NCBI GenBank assembly: GCA_012295275.1
Contig: CM022679.1
Location: 18,352,001 to 18,416,000 of the forward strand
Direction: 5' to 3'
DNA: 64,000 nucleotides
Source: Chrysomallon squamiferum
Lineage: Eukaryota; Animalia; Mollusca
Below the pieces are notes generated by a model that did not search any database, was not told where the DNA came from, and worked only from the letters and a program-made list of their open reading frames with translations. Below, in pieces: positions 24,309 through 37,434 of this stretch. How positions within the stretch are numbered: position 1 is the first letter of the stretch; each line of letters opens with the position of its first letter. The position numbers and the translations under genes were made by a program.

Positions 24309-25189
24309 ACTTAGTTTATTACATACAATATGTGCATCTCAGATGAAATTTATGACAGATTTAAAAAAAAAAAAGATTTATATGTGTGTTGTTTCTAGCT
24401 AGTTTCAAAGGAGCCCTCATCCGGGACGCGACTAGACATCACGGACCGTGTTACATATGTGTCTCCCATAACGATGATGTTTAATACACCCTATCAAACT
24501 CTATATTGTAATCGAGAGCAATACTACCGTTATAAGCATCATCATATTTTCTGTCAAAGCTATGAAGGTTTGGGTGAAATGGCAAGATGTCTTAAAAATG
24601 GCTCATCGGTCCCGAGTTTCCCCTATACATTTTTAAGTATTTAAAATCAAAATACAAGGAAAATACAGTTTCACAGAAAGTAATAATTGTTATTTTGTGT
24701 TTAAAATAAAAATCAATGATAATAATAATAAATAAATAAATAAATAAAAATAAAATAAAAACTCATACATCGCAAAACATAATTAAAACGTTTGTTATTT
24801 AATTATTTTAAAACAAAAAGAAGCAGTGTGAAAAACGTATGAAGCAACTATAACAGTCTCTTTCATTCTAGAAAAATATCTATTTCTTTATTATAATCTA
24901 CTCAGTGGAAAGAAAAGCTAATCCAGTCTATCATCGCACATGTAGAGTATGTTTATTTCTTCAAGAGACGATTACCAAATTCTTCTCGAATCAATTTTTT
25001 TACCACAAGAGTGTAACAAGTAGGAAGATGACTCCATTATTGCATATTATGTAAAAGGCGTATGATTAGCATTACTTTAGTGAAATTTGTGTTGAAAATG
25101 CACGATGTCTTTTAATTAAAAACAACGGCGGAAACTGAAATATGTACTTGAACTTTCATGCACTCTCTAACTCATTCTTACTATAACAA

Positions 25190-25217
25190 TGACGTCATAT
25201 ATGAGAAACCTAGCAAC
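25190..25217 (+). promoter_or_regulatory. CRE palindrome plus RFX X-box-like motif upstream of TPPP paralog 2
   Basis: TGACGTCA at 25190-25197 and GAAACCTAGCAAC at ~25204-25217. A splice donor AAG|GTAAAT at ~25258 suggests a short non-coding first exon. Confidence 0.4.
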
Positions 25218-25479
25218 AGTCTGATAACAACGTTAATAAATAACCAAAATTCTTAAGGTAAATATTAAAAAAAACCAAATGATTTCTTTTACAGATGTAC
25301 ATTTTCTCAAACTTCGTGAATGGATGGGGATATAGCCATTCAAACAACACTTCATTCAGAGATACCTCAAATTGTCTGGCTTATCTCGGTAAACGTCGAC
25401 CATACACAGTTATCATATCCCCGCTATGGATGGGTAGCGTATTACAATGTTTAATTTATATATTAAAGTGTCATAATTC

Positions 25480-25512
<33 letters not shown>

Positions 25513-25589
25513 GTATAACAGTGTTTTTGTTTTGGGGTATTTCATTCATGCATTAATTCATATTTATTTATCTGTTTAAGCGTCATACT

Positions 25590-25847
25590 ATGGCTGATGA
25601 GGAGACGTTACAGGGAATCAGGGCTATGTTTGACACGTTTGTTGAGCTAGCGGCCGGCAGAAAGGTTCCTGACAGTGAAAAAAATGTGGCCAATGAAAAA
25701 GCCATCACTATGTTGATTAAAGACGCATTGGGAGATAGATATAAGAAGATAAACGAAACCAGTGTATATCCCATCCACAGAAATAAAACAAAGTAACTAT
25801 TTCTAATTTAATATTATATGTAAGAGATCAGAATCACCACCACCATC

Positions 25848-25897
<50 letters not shown>

Positions 25898-28277
25898 CAG
25901 CAATGAAAGAAATTATTTTTAATTTAATAAAGCAATCACACGTTCTCTAAACTGTTTTTAAACTCTCTTCCTTATGTTTAGCTGTGGTTCGTCACATAGC
26001 ATGTGCTTTTCACTTTTTGGATTATTCCCATTTTCTGCATACAGTATTGTTGCATTTTGGCTATTTTTATTATTACTATATTCCGTTTGTCTGAAATTTC
26101 AGTTTTATGGATATGTATCAATAATGACATTGACGACAACGATATCGACGATAATAACATATTACCTCTCTCCAACAGGGGACACCCTTATTTTAATAAA
26201 GTGGAGCGTGACGTGTTTTGTAGTCTGGATTATTTTGCTGACCTGGCGGCTTGTCGCATAGAGCAGGACGAGAAATGTAAGAGGCCACCTAGAACAGCTG
26301 AACGAGTCTTACTGGAAGCCAAAGAATTGATGAAAAAAGTAGCGGATAAATCTAAAGAAGACCACACAGTTGTAAGATATAACAAATAATTCACATTAGG
26401 ACGTTACAATTTGGTTCTAATAAATTATCTCGCGCCGCACGTGAACTAGAGGAGATGAGCTAATTACCTACCCTTCCACGCCGTAGACTGCAGCGGATAA
26501 AAAGAAACAGAAAGAAAGATACACTACATGTTTACTAAAATTCCTATTTTAAATATGTTAAAGGTATTAAAAATTATTTTCTTGTACCAAACTAATATTT
26601 TGATGCTTCTTAAATATTCCATCATAAATATGCACCTCTTTAACCCATTAATTATCATTCCCCAGCTGATAATCCATGTTTAACCATAAACACTATGTCA
26701 ATCTATATCTCTACATCTTTCTAACATAAGTTAATTTCCCAATTAACTTACCCAATTGAGTTTTAATTGTCATTGAGTCCTTGACCTGTCCAATGGGTTC
26801 CTTTAAATGTCTCAGTTATCATTTTCTTTAGAAGCCATTTAAGAAGCCATTCTCTAATTGACCGATTCAAAGGATAATCCGTTCTCTTTATGTCCTCAGA
26901 TCTATCCCTTTATCTTATCCCATATATGACTTCCCAGATGGCTTCCAACTTAATTACCCATGATATCAATATAAAAGATGTGAGGGAGCACCATTCCTCA
27001 GAATCATTAGTGCCATCATTAGAATAAATATCACAAATATATGAATAAAATGACGGCCACCGAACGAACAATTTGTGAAGGGTGGAACAAGTTTTTCAGC
27101 ATGATTGGCCATCATCATCCTTCTGTCTGGAAAGTCATCTATTGGTTCCAGCGTGAAGAATCCAACTGTACGCACCGTTCTTCAACAGGATGCAGTTGGC
27201 AACCCCCGAAGAAGCGCAAGAACAAGGGTCATATTCGCCTCCAGAGGAGGCTTATATCCTTGTGCCAGAACCGTGTCAATATTTCCAAGTCCATTCCTGA
27301 GTTTTTGGCTGGAGTCGGACACAACATTAGTATTACCAAGTGCTTATGAGAATAAATTTGTTGTGAATAAAATTGTTTCTTTTTTACCAAGCCAAAATTG
27401 TTTCTTTCTTTCCTGTTTCTTTTTTTCCAGTTTCTTTCTTTCCGTTTATCACAGCGTTTATTCTTGTCGTTCGGTTGCTCTGTTGTAATTATTGATTCAT
27501 CAAGTGTTTTACAGATTTGTTCTATTTCCCTACATTTTAAACCTTTCAGTACAAACCCGCTAGTTCCATCACGAAGAAAAAAGGTCTTATGTGGAGAGTA
27601 TTATCACATAAAATATAAAGAATACTTTTTTTCATGGAACATCAGCATTGGTTGATTTATAAAGCAGAAAAATGTCACTTGTTCTGAAGAAAATTTACAA
27701 AAGTTAAATGTTAAATAATAAGCTTACTAAATTAAAATGTCGTTTGTTCATTCTTTGCAGGATTGTCTTTGGCATATGGTAATTAGCACATCTCCTCCCG
27801 CTCTAGACTAATAATTACTATGCATGTATTTTACATTAGCAGGATGCATACTAAGTTCACCATCACTTCATATGACTTTCGTTATTTCTAAAGTTCCTTC
27901 AAATCAATTATTTGTGTATAAGATTAGAAACACAGAATTTCCTTTGTAATAATGTATTTAAAAATAAAATAATGATAATACAGCAGCACGCAGACATTTA
28001 TATGTAAAATTTTCAATTATTATTATGTAAGTAGACAAATCTTATAAAACTGTGTACTTAATTATTATTATTATTATTATTAAACCAGAAAAAAGCTAGT
28101 GCGACAGGTACAGCAGCTGACGTCACAAGTCGTTTGACAGATGTCAGCAAGTATACTGGCGCACACAAAGAACGCTTCGACGCCTCTGGCAAAGGCAAGG
28201 GTATTGGAGGACGCGAGTATAGAGATGAACATACAGGCTACGTACAGCAATACAAGGGTCAAGGAACATATAAATAA
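25590..28277 (+). CDS. TPPP: TPPP/p25-alpha family protein, paralog 2 (~194 aa, 3 coding exons)
   Basis: Exons 25590-25792, 26179-26371 and 28089-28277 have the same phases as paralog 1 and the same 193-bp middle exon. The last exon reads [62 protein letters not shown]. Confidence 0.88.
26420..27820 (+). mobile_element. Deleted MULE (Mutator-like) element in intron 2 of TPPP paralog 2
   Basis: Transposase C-terminal remnant ([26 protein letters not shown], 27060-27349). Inverted GAGGAGATGAGCTAATTACC (~26449) and GGTAATTAGCACATCTCCTC (~27778). Confidence 0.7.
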
Positions 28278-28653
28278 ACTGGTTCTTAAAAGGGCCAGCA
28301 TTCCCAGTGGTACCAATGCACAGGGTATTTATAGTCCAAATGCCAGCCCACTCCTGAACTACTGTACACAAATTAACTATTTAGTTACACATTTATTATT
28401 ATTATTATTATTATTATTTGTTGTTGTTGTTGTTGTTGTTGTTGTCTTTGTCTTATTCAGCTGTAGATATTATATGGATGACCGCGTATTAGTTTAATGT
28501 TTGTTTTAAATTTGTTTTATTTTATTGTTTTAATATTGGCTTTCTTTTACATAATTTTAATAATAATTAAAAAAAAAAAAGAAGAAACTTGTCTTGTATA
28601 TTTTTATTTTATACACTATTTTGTATATTTAATATAATAAAACATTTTTGTTC

Positions 28654-28703
<50 letters not shown>

Positions 28704-30573
28704 ATTATTATTATTATTATTGTAATGTCTAACTTAAATGTTATATTTAATTGCGACATGCACACGATGTGAATACTACAACAGGTTCCCAGCTGATTTT
28801 CCGGACGCTATGGTTCGGAATCTCTTATCATGGTTTCGTTAATAAATGTAAACCATAAACACTAATGTATTTCATTTAATAATTTAATAATTTACTTTAC
28901 ATCTAATATTTATGTATTTTAAATTTCAAGCAGTGCATGTTACTTTAGAAACATCGGTGGTATTTATTTAGTTGCTGTAAGGTGCACTGCTGAATTATTA
29001 TGTGACCACCAGGAACAGAACAATAATCCGGCAAGCGTTTGGAACCAAGACTTTCAAAAATCCGTTGTGTACTTCTATGTGGAATAATCGTTTTTAATAG
29101 CTATTCATTTCATATTTACAGGTGTTTTTATTTTTTATTTATTTATATTTTTTTATTTTTTTTGCTTAATAAACTGCATTTTACAATTTTAACAGTTGAT
29201 TATATGTATTATAAAAAACACCTGACAATTTCCGCAAAATTCTAGGATTAAAAATATAAATTTATTTAAATGTCTACTCGATTATTTAATGCTAATGAAA
29301 GAAAAGGTTCATCATTCCATTGTTACTGAGTACACTTTCACATGTTCCATCTTTTTAGTCAGAAATCCATTACGAATCTTCACTATAAGGCTGAAAAATT
29401 ATTAGTTAATGCTGATATCGGTATACTGTATTTCAGTAAAAAATGTCCACAGCTGCTTCAGCAGTTTTATGTTAAGCTAATACTTGGGTGCCGAAGCAGA
29501 ACGAAATTATCATTAAAGCTAGTAGTACAGTATAGTCATTCATTTTTAAGCTGTAAGTCTCCATAGCATCAAAATAATCTTATATAAGAACAATGATCTA
29601 AGATCAAAGAACAAAGATTGAGATAAAAAAAAAAAAAAGAGCCAATAAATAAAAAACAAATAAAAAAGTAAATTAAAGAAAATTGAATATATATATGTAT
29701 GAATGCAGTGATTGGTGAATTAACAAATTTATTACGCATGTACATCATGTCAAAATATATTTTATATGACTGCTAGTCTGAATTTTGAACACTCTAATTT
29801 GAGCCTGGAGCACAGAAACATGTCAAAGACAAACAATGTGTATGCCCTGCTAGAGTAATAAAGAAAACTATGAATTCTCAAAGAAGCGATAAGTATTTCT
29901 TGCATTTGCTACATCGATTCTGCCTTTTTGGTGACAGTCTAATGTGAAGTAATGTTATGTTTGTAGTATTCTTTTTAATACCATCCTGTTCTATTATCTT
30001 CATTTTTGTAATATTTTATGTTAATAAAATGTTGACACTATTCTTCAAAGCTCTGTTACTTTGTCACAACAAATTCGCCATATCATGTCCGCTAATTAAC
30101 GTAACTTTAGATTTCTTTAAAAGTTCGTTATTGCATGTTTTCCTGTAAAACAGAATTACGTATGGTAAAACAGAACTTTAATTATTTGCATATTTCGGTA
30201 GTTAAAGGGAGTTTATTTACTGATTATAATTTACTATGACTTATGTATTTAATATTTGTCGTTATTTTATCTTTTCTCTATATCTTATATAAAAACTAGA
30301 TAATTTCAAGATTATATAAATTAGTACTCTAATAAAATATATTTTGTTAGAACACGTAGAGGAAATGTGTCTAATGGAAGACAGTTTCATATATAACCGG
30401 GTAAACAAAGACGAGATTACTTCGTCTTCGTCACATCGACGTTAAGTAAGCAATGCAGCAGGTAAGTTATTTAACATAAATTTCATGTATACTAATTTTT
30501 TATTATTATTATTATTTTTAATATTTTCATGTGCCAGCATTATCATAAAATCGTTTAACGCATATACAGAATT

Positions 30574-30654
<81 letters not shown>
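30574..30654. repeat. (CA)n microsatellite
   Basis: Perfect CA run. Confidence 0.95.
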
Positions 30655-30658
<4 letters not shown>

Positions 30659-31899
30659 TGCATACATACATACAAAATATACTGACATGCAAAAAATACG
30701 CCTTGATTTTGATATGGGGTTATTTACAACATTTATGCATGCATGTTTTCAGTAAACAAATTTTATTTATCCATCTGAGAAATACTTTTCAAATTTTTAA
30801 ACGCGCGTATAGAATCCCTGTCAGATGTTTTGTTTGTACTTTTTACAAGACAGTCTTTTAATCTTGCGTTATCCAAACCACTGCTTTTTAATTTGAATCA
30901 TTCAGCTGTAAATTTCAGCGTTCCGTTTTCTACGGCCATTATACCATCTAATTCGAAATGTATACATGTTAGTTGCCAAAGTTTAAAGTCTGTTACGAAG
31001 CTACTCATGTCACTCCTAACAACCTGTCTGTCACACCACTCAATTTGTAAATAGACTAGTTTCAGTCTAGTTTGTCAAGGGATGTCACTCTTCGCGCGCA
31101 TGCGCAATAGGAATGTGAAATATCTCAGTTCAGCAGCAAAAATAAACACTAACATTTTAACACTATTCTGCAAACGCAAAAGCATGGGATAGTTTTAGAT
31201 TTTTATATTCCTTCCTGGGTGTTTGGCATTAAAATTATTTGTCGTCCTTTCTATAAGGATTTCTTCAATACATTATATTAGTACTGTTTCTGTAATCTTG
31301 TGATATAGGTTAGAATCAAAAAAATAAATAAATAAATAAATAAATAAATAAAAGTGCATACAAGAGAAAAGGTTCTGTATTTTAAAAAAAATTTAATGCT
31401 TGAACTTTAACAATGTGTGCATGACTGTGCAGATTACAATTAAAAATCACTTAACAATAACACTACGTGTATCAATGCTTACATGTTCTGATGGTCACTG
31501 TTGACCTCAGTTTCCCAGTTATTCTCACCCGCTGGTTTAGAAATAATATCCTACAGTTTACTTTGATCGGTCTGATCTCAAGATTACCAACTATTCTCAA
31601 ATAAAGGTTATGCTACTTCAATACATAAATCTATATATACTGTTAAATAGGAATTTGTTAGAAAGCCAGAACTACCTTTCAGTAATTTAATCAGAGCTGT
31701 AAAACATTTATAGTTACCTAAGTCAGCTGGATCCATATAACTGTCCAGCTGACACTTAGCCCACACGTCTGTCCTATACGGTCTAAACATCTCCCCCAAA
31801 CGAAACACGACCTCTGCTTTTATTACGTAGGAAAGAACACACAGGGGGTCTTTAAAAATTGCTGTCTCAGGTGGTGCCCAGACTGGTTGGAACTTTAGT

Positions 31900-32523
31900 A
31901 GACATGCAGACGCTAGTGGGTTCCACAAAACAACATTTCACCATAGCTTATATAATTTTTAAGGAAATCTAATATTTATTATATAGTTTCGTCTGCGTAC
32001 CACTTAGCTTATGTTATTCTGAAGTGTTAGATCTTAAAGAGGAGACTTTCGTCTCCGTCACAGTATACATTTTAGTGGGCCGGATTTATAGGGCCGGAGT
32101 AGCACTCCCAAAACACTCCCAAGTATTGAACTGGCCACCAAAGTCCCCTGACTTGTCCCCAACTGAGCATGGGACCTACTGGGGCGTAGGGTACGCAAAA
32201 ACCATCCTCATATTCTTAATGTCCATGAACCGGGAATGGAACGCAATTACTGTTCCTGAGATTAATGTTCTCATTAGAAGTACTAGATGCCGATGGTGCA
32301 CGCACACATTATTGAGCCTCTCTCACCATTTTGGTAGATGTACCCCTCCGTTTTCATCATTTGACATTAAAGTAACGACGTTGACACCGTGAAAGGTGTT
32401 ACTGCTGGTTACATCCCGAAATACTGTATCAATGAAATAATGTGTACAAATAAATTCAACATGCAATCAGATTGTCTGTATTTCATAACTTGCTAAACTT
32501 ATCAAAACAAGGCCAAAGTTTCA
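31900..32523 (+). mobile_element. Tc1/mariner remnant
   Basis: Translates VLNWPPKSPDLSPTEH, the Tc1 WP..SPDL.PIE catalytic-Glu region. Degenerate; ends approximate. Confidence 0.65.
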
Positions 32524-32829
32524 AGGTTCATTCGCGTGACCTCCGTATTTATCAAAGGAAACTGCCGTGTTGTACAACAGCCCGCTTGTCGCTGCTTCTT
32601 CTCAGATACACACTCGAGTTGATGCCCTCCCAAAAGACAGACGTCCCATAATGCAGACGCATTAAAACAACACAGGACACGGTTGAGCGCATTACTAATG
32701 AACTGCCTTTTACCTTGAATAATACATAATAGAATAGTCTAATACAACTAAATAGAGAACACAAAACAAAATTAAATAAAATTATATTTATTTGTAGATT
32801 TTAAAATGTCCATTTTTATCCTAATTTTA

Positions 32830-33800
32830 AACGATGTCGAACGGCATCCAAGAACTGAATGGGTGTTTTCTGATCAAAAGTTAGCTATGCCTTCAGTCTC
32901 ACGAATCTATTTCCGTCTGTTTATAAACTCTCTATCTTGGTAGTGGGACAGATCCAAAGTTTATCTGTTTCAATTTAGCACGTTCTGATGTTTCTATTCC
33001 TTTTAACAATTCTGCAAATCTGGATGGTGAAGTTGAACTAATTGTTTCATTCATTGTCTGTTCTGGAGCCAGTGGTCAGATGAGGGTTCCACAAAATGAA
33101 AGGAAATCTGGCGTCATCGTCTACCCATATAGAAACCACATAATCATTTAATGTCTCCGCCTGTGGAGCATCAGATCCGTTATCCATGGCTTCAAATCAC
33201 GCATCCTGATGCACTCATGCAGTTGGTGGAAGTGGTGGTCCAGCAGCCCTCCGAATCCATGTCTGTACATCTGGGTCATCTTTATACAGAACAGCAAGAC
33301 CTAGATATTGGGTTTTCCTCCAAATGGCCTGCATGAATTGAAAAAAGCATCCTTACACGTCAGCTTGTGAAAATTCAATCTCAACTGCTTAGATTGCAGC
33401 CATCTAAAAGTCAGTCTGAAATTTAACTGGAGAAAGAGGTCTGTATAATGATTGTAGCAGAAGACTCTTCAACAAACTGTATGATACCATCTTTTCGTCG
33501 GGAAAAATAGCATTCACAAGGGGTTACATAATGGTTCCGTCCATAGCATGGACGATATAATTGGTTCCACAGTGCTAGTCAAGATGAGAAAGTTTCATCC
33601 ATAAAATTGGATTCTGCGGCCTATAGAGCTTCGATTTGCTCATCTGCAGAGAACACAAGCATGCTATCTTCATTTCCATCTCTAAGTAACAAGTAGCGTC
33701 TATCGTTATTTGTCTGTGTCTATGGTTCTTTTATATCGATATCGGCTCTAATCTGTAATAGGGCAGGTATCAGAACTCGCCTCTGTCTGTACAGTGCACT
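32830..33800 (-). pseudogene. MULE transposase pseudogene
   Basis: Minus-strand translation gives FMDETFSS..ALWNQLY..HAM..PLV and GCFFQFMQAIWRKTQYLGLAVLYKDDPDVQTWIRR, with stops and frameshifts. These match MULE DDE motifs. Confidence 0.75.
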
Positions 33801-34289
33801 GCTCATGCTGGGAAAGAAAGGCGAATGTGGAATAGTTTTTGCTGTTTGCTTTCGTACCCCATCATTGTATATATGCTGCATCGGTGCTGTTTCTTCTATT
33901 GCTCACTTCCATAGAATGCTCATAAACGGAGCAGCATTTGGGTCACTTAGAAGATGGTTGTGTTCTGATGTGTTCCATATACATATATATCAATCTATCT
34001 ATAATGATGCATATAGATTCACCATTATTATTATTATTATTATCACTTGGCCTTCTGTATGAAATCAGTAGACATAAAAAAAAATACTTTAAATAGGTAC
34101 TGTGCAATATAAAACAATACTGTGGTAAAGTCAGCTAATTGATTAACACTGCTGGACAGACTGGAGTAGTACCACTAAAGCAGTCAAGGGTGTACTGGAT
34201 ACATTACATAACCCAGTAAAGAGTTTTGTCTACCATAGGCATATCGGCATTGTGGGATGTCTGGCTTTTGGGAGGGAACCCTCGAATTG

Positions 34290-34763
34290 GTGAGTGAAAA
34301 TATTAACGTTGTAGTCAGAGCAAGTTGCTGTGAAGTACGCCTACGACAGTCATGCTCTCTGACAAAGCCAGGGGATGTGAATGTTGAGAGAGGCAGAAAA
34401 GAGTTGAGAGAGGGTTAGAAAAAAAGGTACTAGTTACCCACAAGAGAGTGTCGAGCAGATAGAAGCATAAGGTGATGTTTCTTCTCTTCCGCTTATTAAT
34501 ATTCCAAGAGTTGTGCTGTTCGTTCATTTTGTTACTTTAATCACCAAATTCGTATGGAGCTGGTCGTGTTTTGTTTGCTGTTACTGTTGTGGGCTCTCAT
34601 TTTGGTTCTTTGCCGTCCAACAATTCCCCCATTTTTTTTTTTTCTATGGACTTTTTGTTGGTTAAAAATTATTATATACATAAACAATAATAATATGGTA
34701 GAGAAAAAAAAAGACAAAAGAAAAAAATGAAAAAATAATAGAATAAAATAAAATAAAATAAAA

Positions 34764-34814
<51 letters not shown>

Positions 34815-34839
34815 ATAGCCTGATTAGTATTAAGTTCTT

Positions 34840-34899
<60 letters not shown>

Positions 34900-36850
34900 T
34901 ATTTGATTAGTTTAATTAACTAGTCAATTAATCAATCAGCCGATTCAGCAGTCGATCAATCAGCTGGCCAGTCAATTAAATTATTTAATAAATATTTATT
35001 AATTAAAAGTTTTGAAATTACTGTTAATAGATCTGATGAGTAGTCCTTCCCACCAGATCATATCAAAGGCTTTTTCGGTATTTGTGAATACTGTAATTAC
35101 TTTTTTCGATTTAATGAAGTCTTGGTTTATGGAATTTTGTAAACAGGAGATTTGGTCAAAAGCCGCTTTGGTATCTACTTATTAATGTGTAGTCATTTAA
35201 GTGTTGCTTTAGGCATATATATATTTACCATTGTTTCAACGATTCTGCACGTGTGATGTTAATGTATCTGGTCTGTAATTGATGGGTAGTGGGTGATCTT
35301 TGTAAGGTTTAGGCAATGACAATGACAACGAGAATGACTTTATTCTCATTGTAGGATAATAACAAAATTAAAATACACATGCATGGATGTTTAACATTTA
35401 GAACATATTCTCTCACATAAAGTTCTTATTAACAACATAACTTTTTTAATAAACATATTTTTGGTATTAAAGAAATTATTATATGAAAATATATTTGGAA
35501 ATCTGGTGTATTTATCTGCATACTTAATAATATAGGATTATTACATTCAAATATATAATGATATTCATCACAGTCCAGTTTAAATAGGAAGTTTAACATT
35601 AGAGGTTCTAACGTTACTGAAACATTCAGCGTGTGTATCTTCCCTGTTGACCATAATATATTAAGTTGTGCATAGTAAATCTGCTTTTTATTTATCTGGA
35701 AAAGCGACATTGATTTTGCCAAGAGCGTTAACTGTATGGACATTTTTAGCTTTGTAGTTTATTAACTTTGTTCTACGTGTCTTTGACTGATGTTTTGCAA
35801 AACATTTCCCAATATTCTTGTTTTGTGATAAGAATTCGGTTTGATACCTCATTTTGGGTTATTTGGTATTTTTCATGTGTAAAATGATTTTTATCTTTTT
35901 TACAGTGTCTTCTGTTTTTCCAGTATGCTCGGTCCATCGTGGAATGGATATTTTGTTAATTCATTTGAGTCTATCATTTTGTTAAGTTATGTTGTTAGGT
36001 TTTTTTATTTTAATATTTTTGCATGCTTTGTAGAAACCTTCCCAGTTTGCTTTGGTGAACGTCCATCTGGGTGTAAAAACAGAGTTGTCGGAAAAGGCGT
36101 TCTTGTAATTGTAAGTATGGGATAATGGTCGCCATTCAACTCATTTAGGACTTCCCGTTGACTTAGCGCTGCAATGTCTTTGCTATTTAGTGTTTAATCA
36201 TTAGCGGACTGGGTACGATTGATGTCAGCAGTGAAAATGAATGTACTGTTGTTAAGACAAACGAGTTGATTTTGCTCAATGAAATTTTCTAATTCAATTC
36301 CAGTATTGTCATAATGATTAGTTTACTGTTAGTTTTTATAATTTGGTAATAGCCGTCAGTTTGTAATGTCGTAGTGAAGGGTTTGCTTCTGAAGATTAAT
36401 GTAGTCCAGTAGCTGCCAGTTGTTCCCAGATAGTTATGCTGGAACCAAATGTTTTTAATAATTCTGAGTCAGTTTCAAAATACATTTCTCTTGTTATTTT
36501 TGTTCACTTCTGCAGTTTTATCAACAATATTTATTTGTACTTCGATAAGACATCTCAGCTTTATTTTCGATTTGTACATTGTTTTTTTCTGATTTATCGC
36601 TATGTTTGTTCGATGTTCACGGTTTTCTGCTCAGTTTCGCGTGAGTCAGTGCTTGACGCTGTTTTGTTGTTTTTTACTCTGTTGCTTTTTGTTTCAGTTA
36701 AATCGGGACTTTTATCCCGTTGTCGTTTCGAAATTCTAAGAAAGAATAATCTGAATCAGTAGTTATTCTATTTACGTTTTCCATCTTCTTGGTTTTGTTG
36801 TGTATTTTCTGAAGTGTTATATGGATAATTCTGTATTAAGTAAATATTTA
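34290..36850 (-). mobile_element. Old, internally deleted LINE related to family B
   Basis: 3' end 34300-34420 is homologous to 24160-24290. RT remnant (NYRP..LTS, YQSGF, EKAFDMIW) at 35030-35310. APE remnant (FIEQNQLVCLN...GDHYPIL) at 36110-36300. Confidence 0.75.
35315..35760 (-). mobile_element. Short 3' fragment of another LINE nested in the old LINE
   Basis: CAATGA-repeat tail at ~35315-35340 and a minus-strand C..DEYHYIFEC motif typical of LINE ORF2 ends. Confidence 0.5.
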
Positions 36851-36899
36851 AAGTGTTAATCAGAGAAAAGCCGGGGGTGGGGTGTTTGTCGCACAGTAA

Positions 36900-37049
36900 C
36901 GATGAAACGCCACCCGTTTTAAAGCAATTCAATGGAGTTGAAAAACTGGCGGACTTGACAAAAAACTAATTCATAAGATAAATTGGTTACATAATCTTAA
37001 TACAAAAATCGTCATCATAACACTAGAAACGTTTTAGTATTCCGTGACA
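36900..37049 (-). mobile_element. Second, diverged copy of the LTR-like terminus with an unoccupied target-like site
   Basis: ATGGAGTTGAAAAACTGGCGGA matches 8475-8496. AAATTGGTTACATAATC (36980-36996) resembles the LINE target. Ends TTCCGTGACA at 37049. Confidence 0.6.
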
Positions 37050-37391
37050 TGCTCTATCACAATTTTAGCATACCTAAGGTATACAGAGTTCATAGTAACG
37101 TTAATCAGTATCTCAGCAAGTTAAACTGTTGAGGTTCAGTAATAACACTAAAATTTATTTATCTTATCATTATTATTTTTTTTTAATAAAACCTAATATA
37201 TTTTAGGAGAACCATTAAAAAATATACATGTCACTTTTTTGAAGAAGAAAAGTAATTTGAGAAAACTGCTCCCATTATACATTACCTTTTTCACTCAGAT
37301 CTTAACATTTGTTTCTTTAACTCAAAATCTTGTCATCCCAATTCCAACCAACTAAAGTTTTTCAAATTATAAACAAACTTAAAATCTGAAA

Positions 37392-37434
<43 letters not shown>

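Larger units (their letters stand above)
5963..24623 (+). mobile_element. pogo/Tigger-like non-autonomous DNA transposon, expanded to ~18.7 kb by nested insertions
   Basis: TIRs GGGGAAACGGGAGACCGATGAACCAT (from 5963) and ATGGCTCATCGGTCCCGAGTTTCCCC (to 24623), each flanked by TA. TGAGCCA subterminal repeats lie at 5989-6400. A decayed N-terminus MPRKQDRKTHRGLF* at ~6500 resembles pogo-type HTH starts. Confidence 0.7.
32565..36897 (-). mobile_element. MULE DNA transposon with long TIRs; the right TIR is split by a LINE
   Basis: Left TIR ~32565-32670 is the inverse of 34235-34285 plus 36852-36897. A decayed transposase lies between the TIRs. Confidence 0.6.

Noticed and set aside
28141-28497. 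118-aa ORF over the last exon of TPPP paralog 2
   Set aside because: Wrong frame; the spliced frame starting at 28089 gives the p25-alpha motif.
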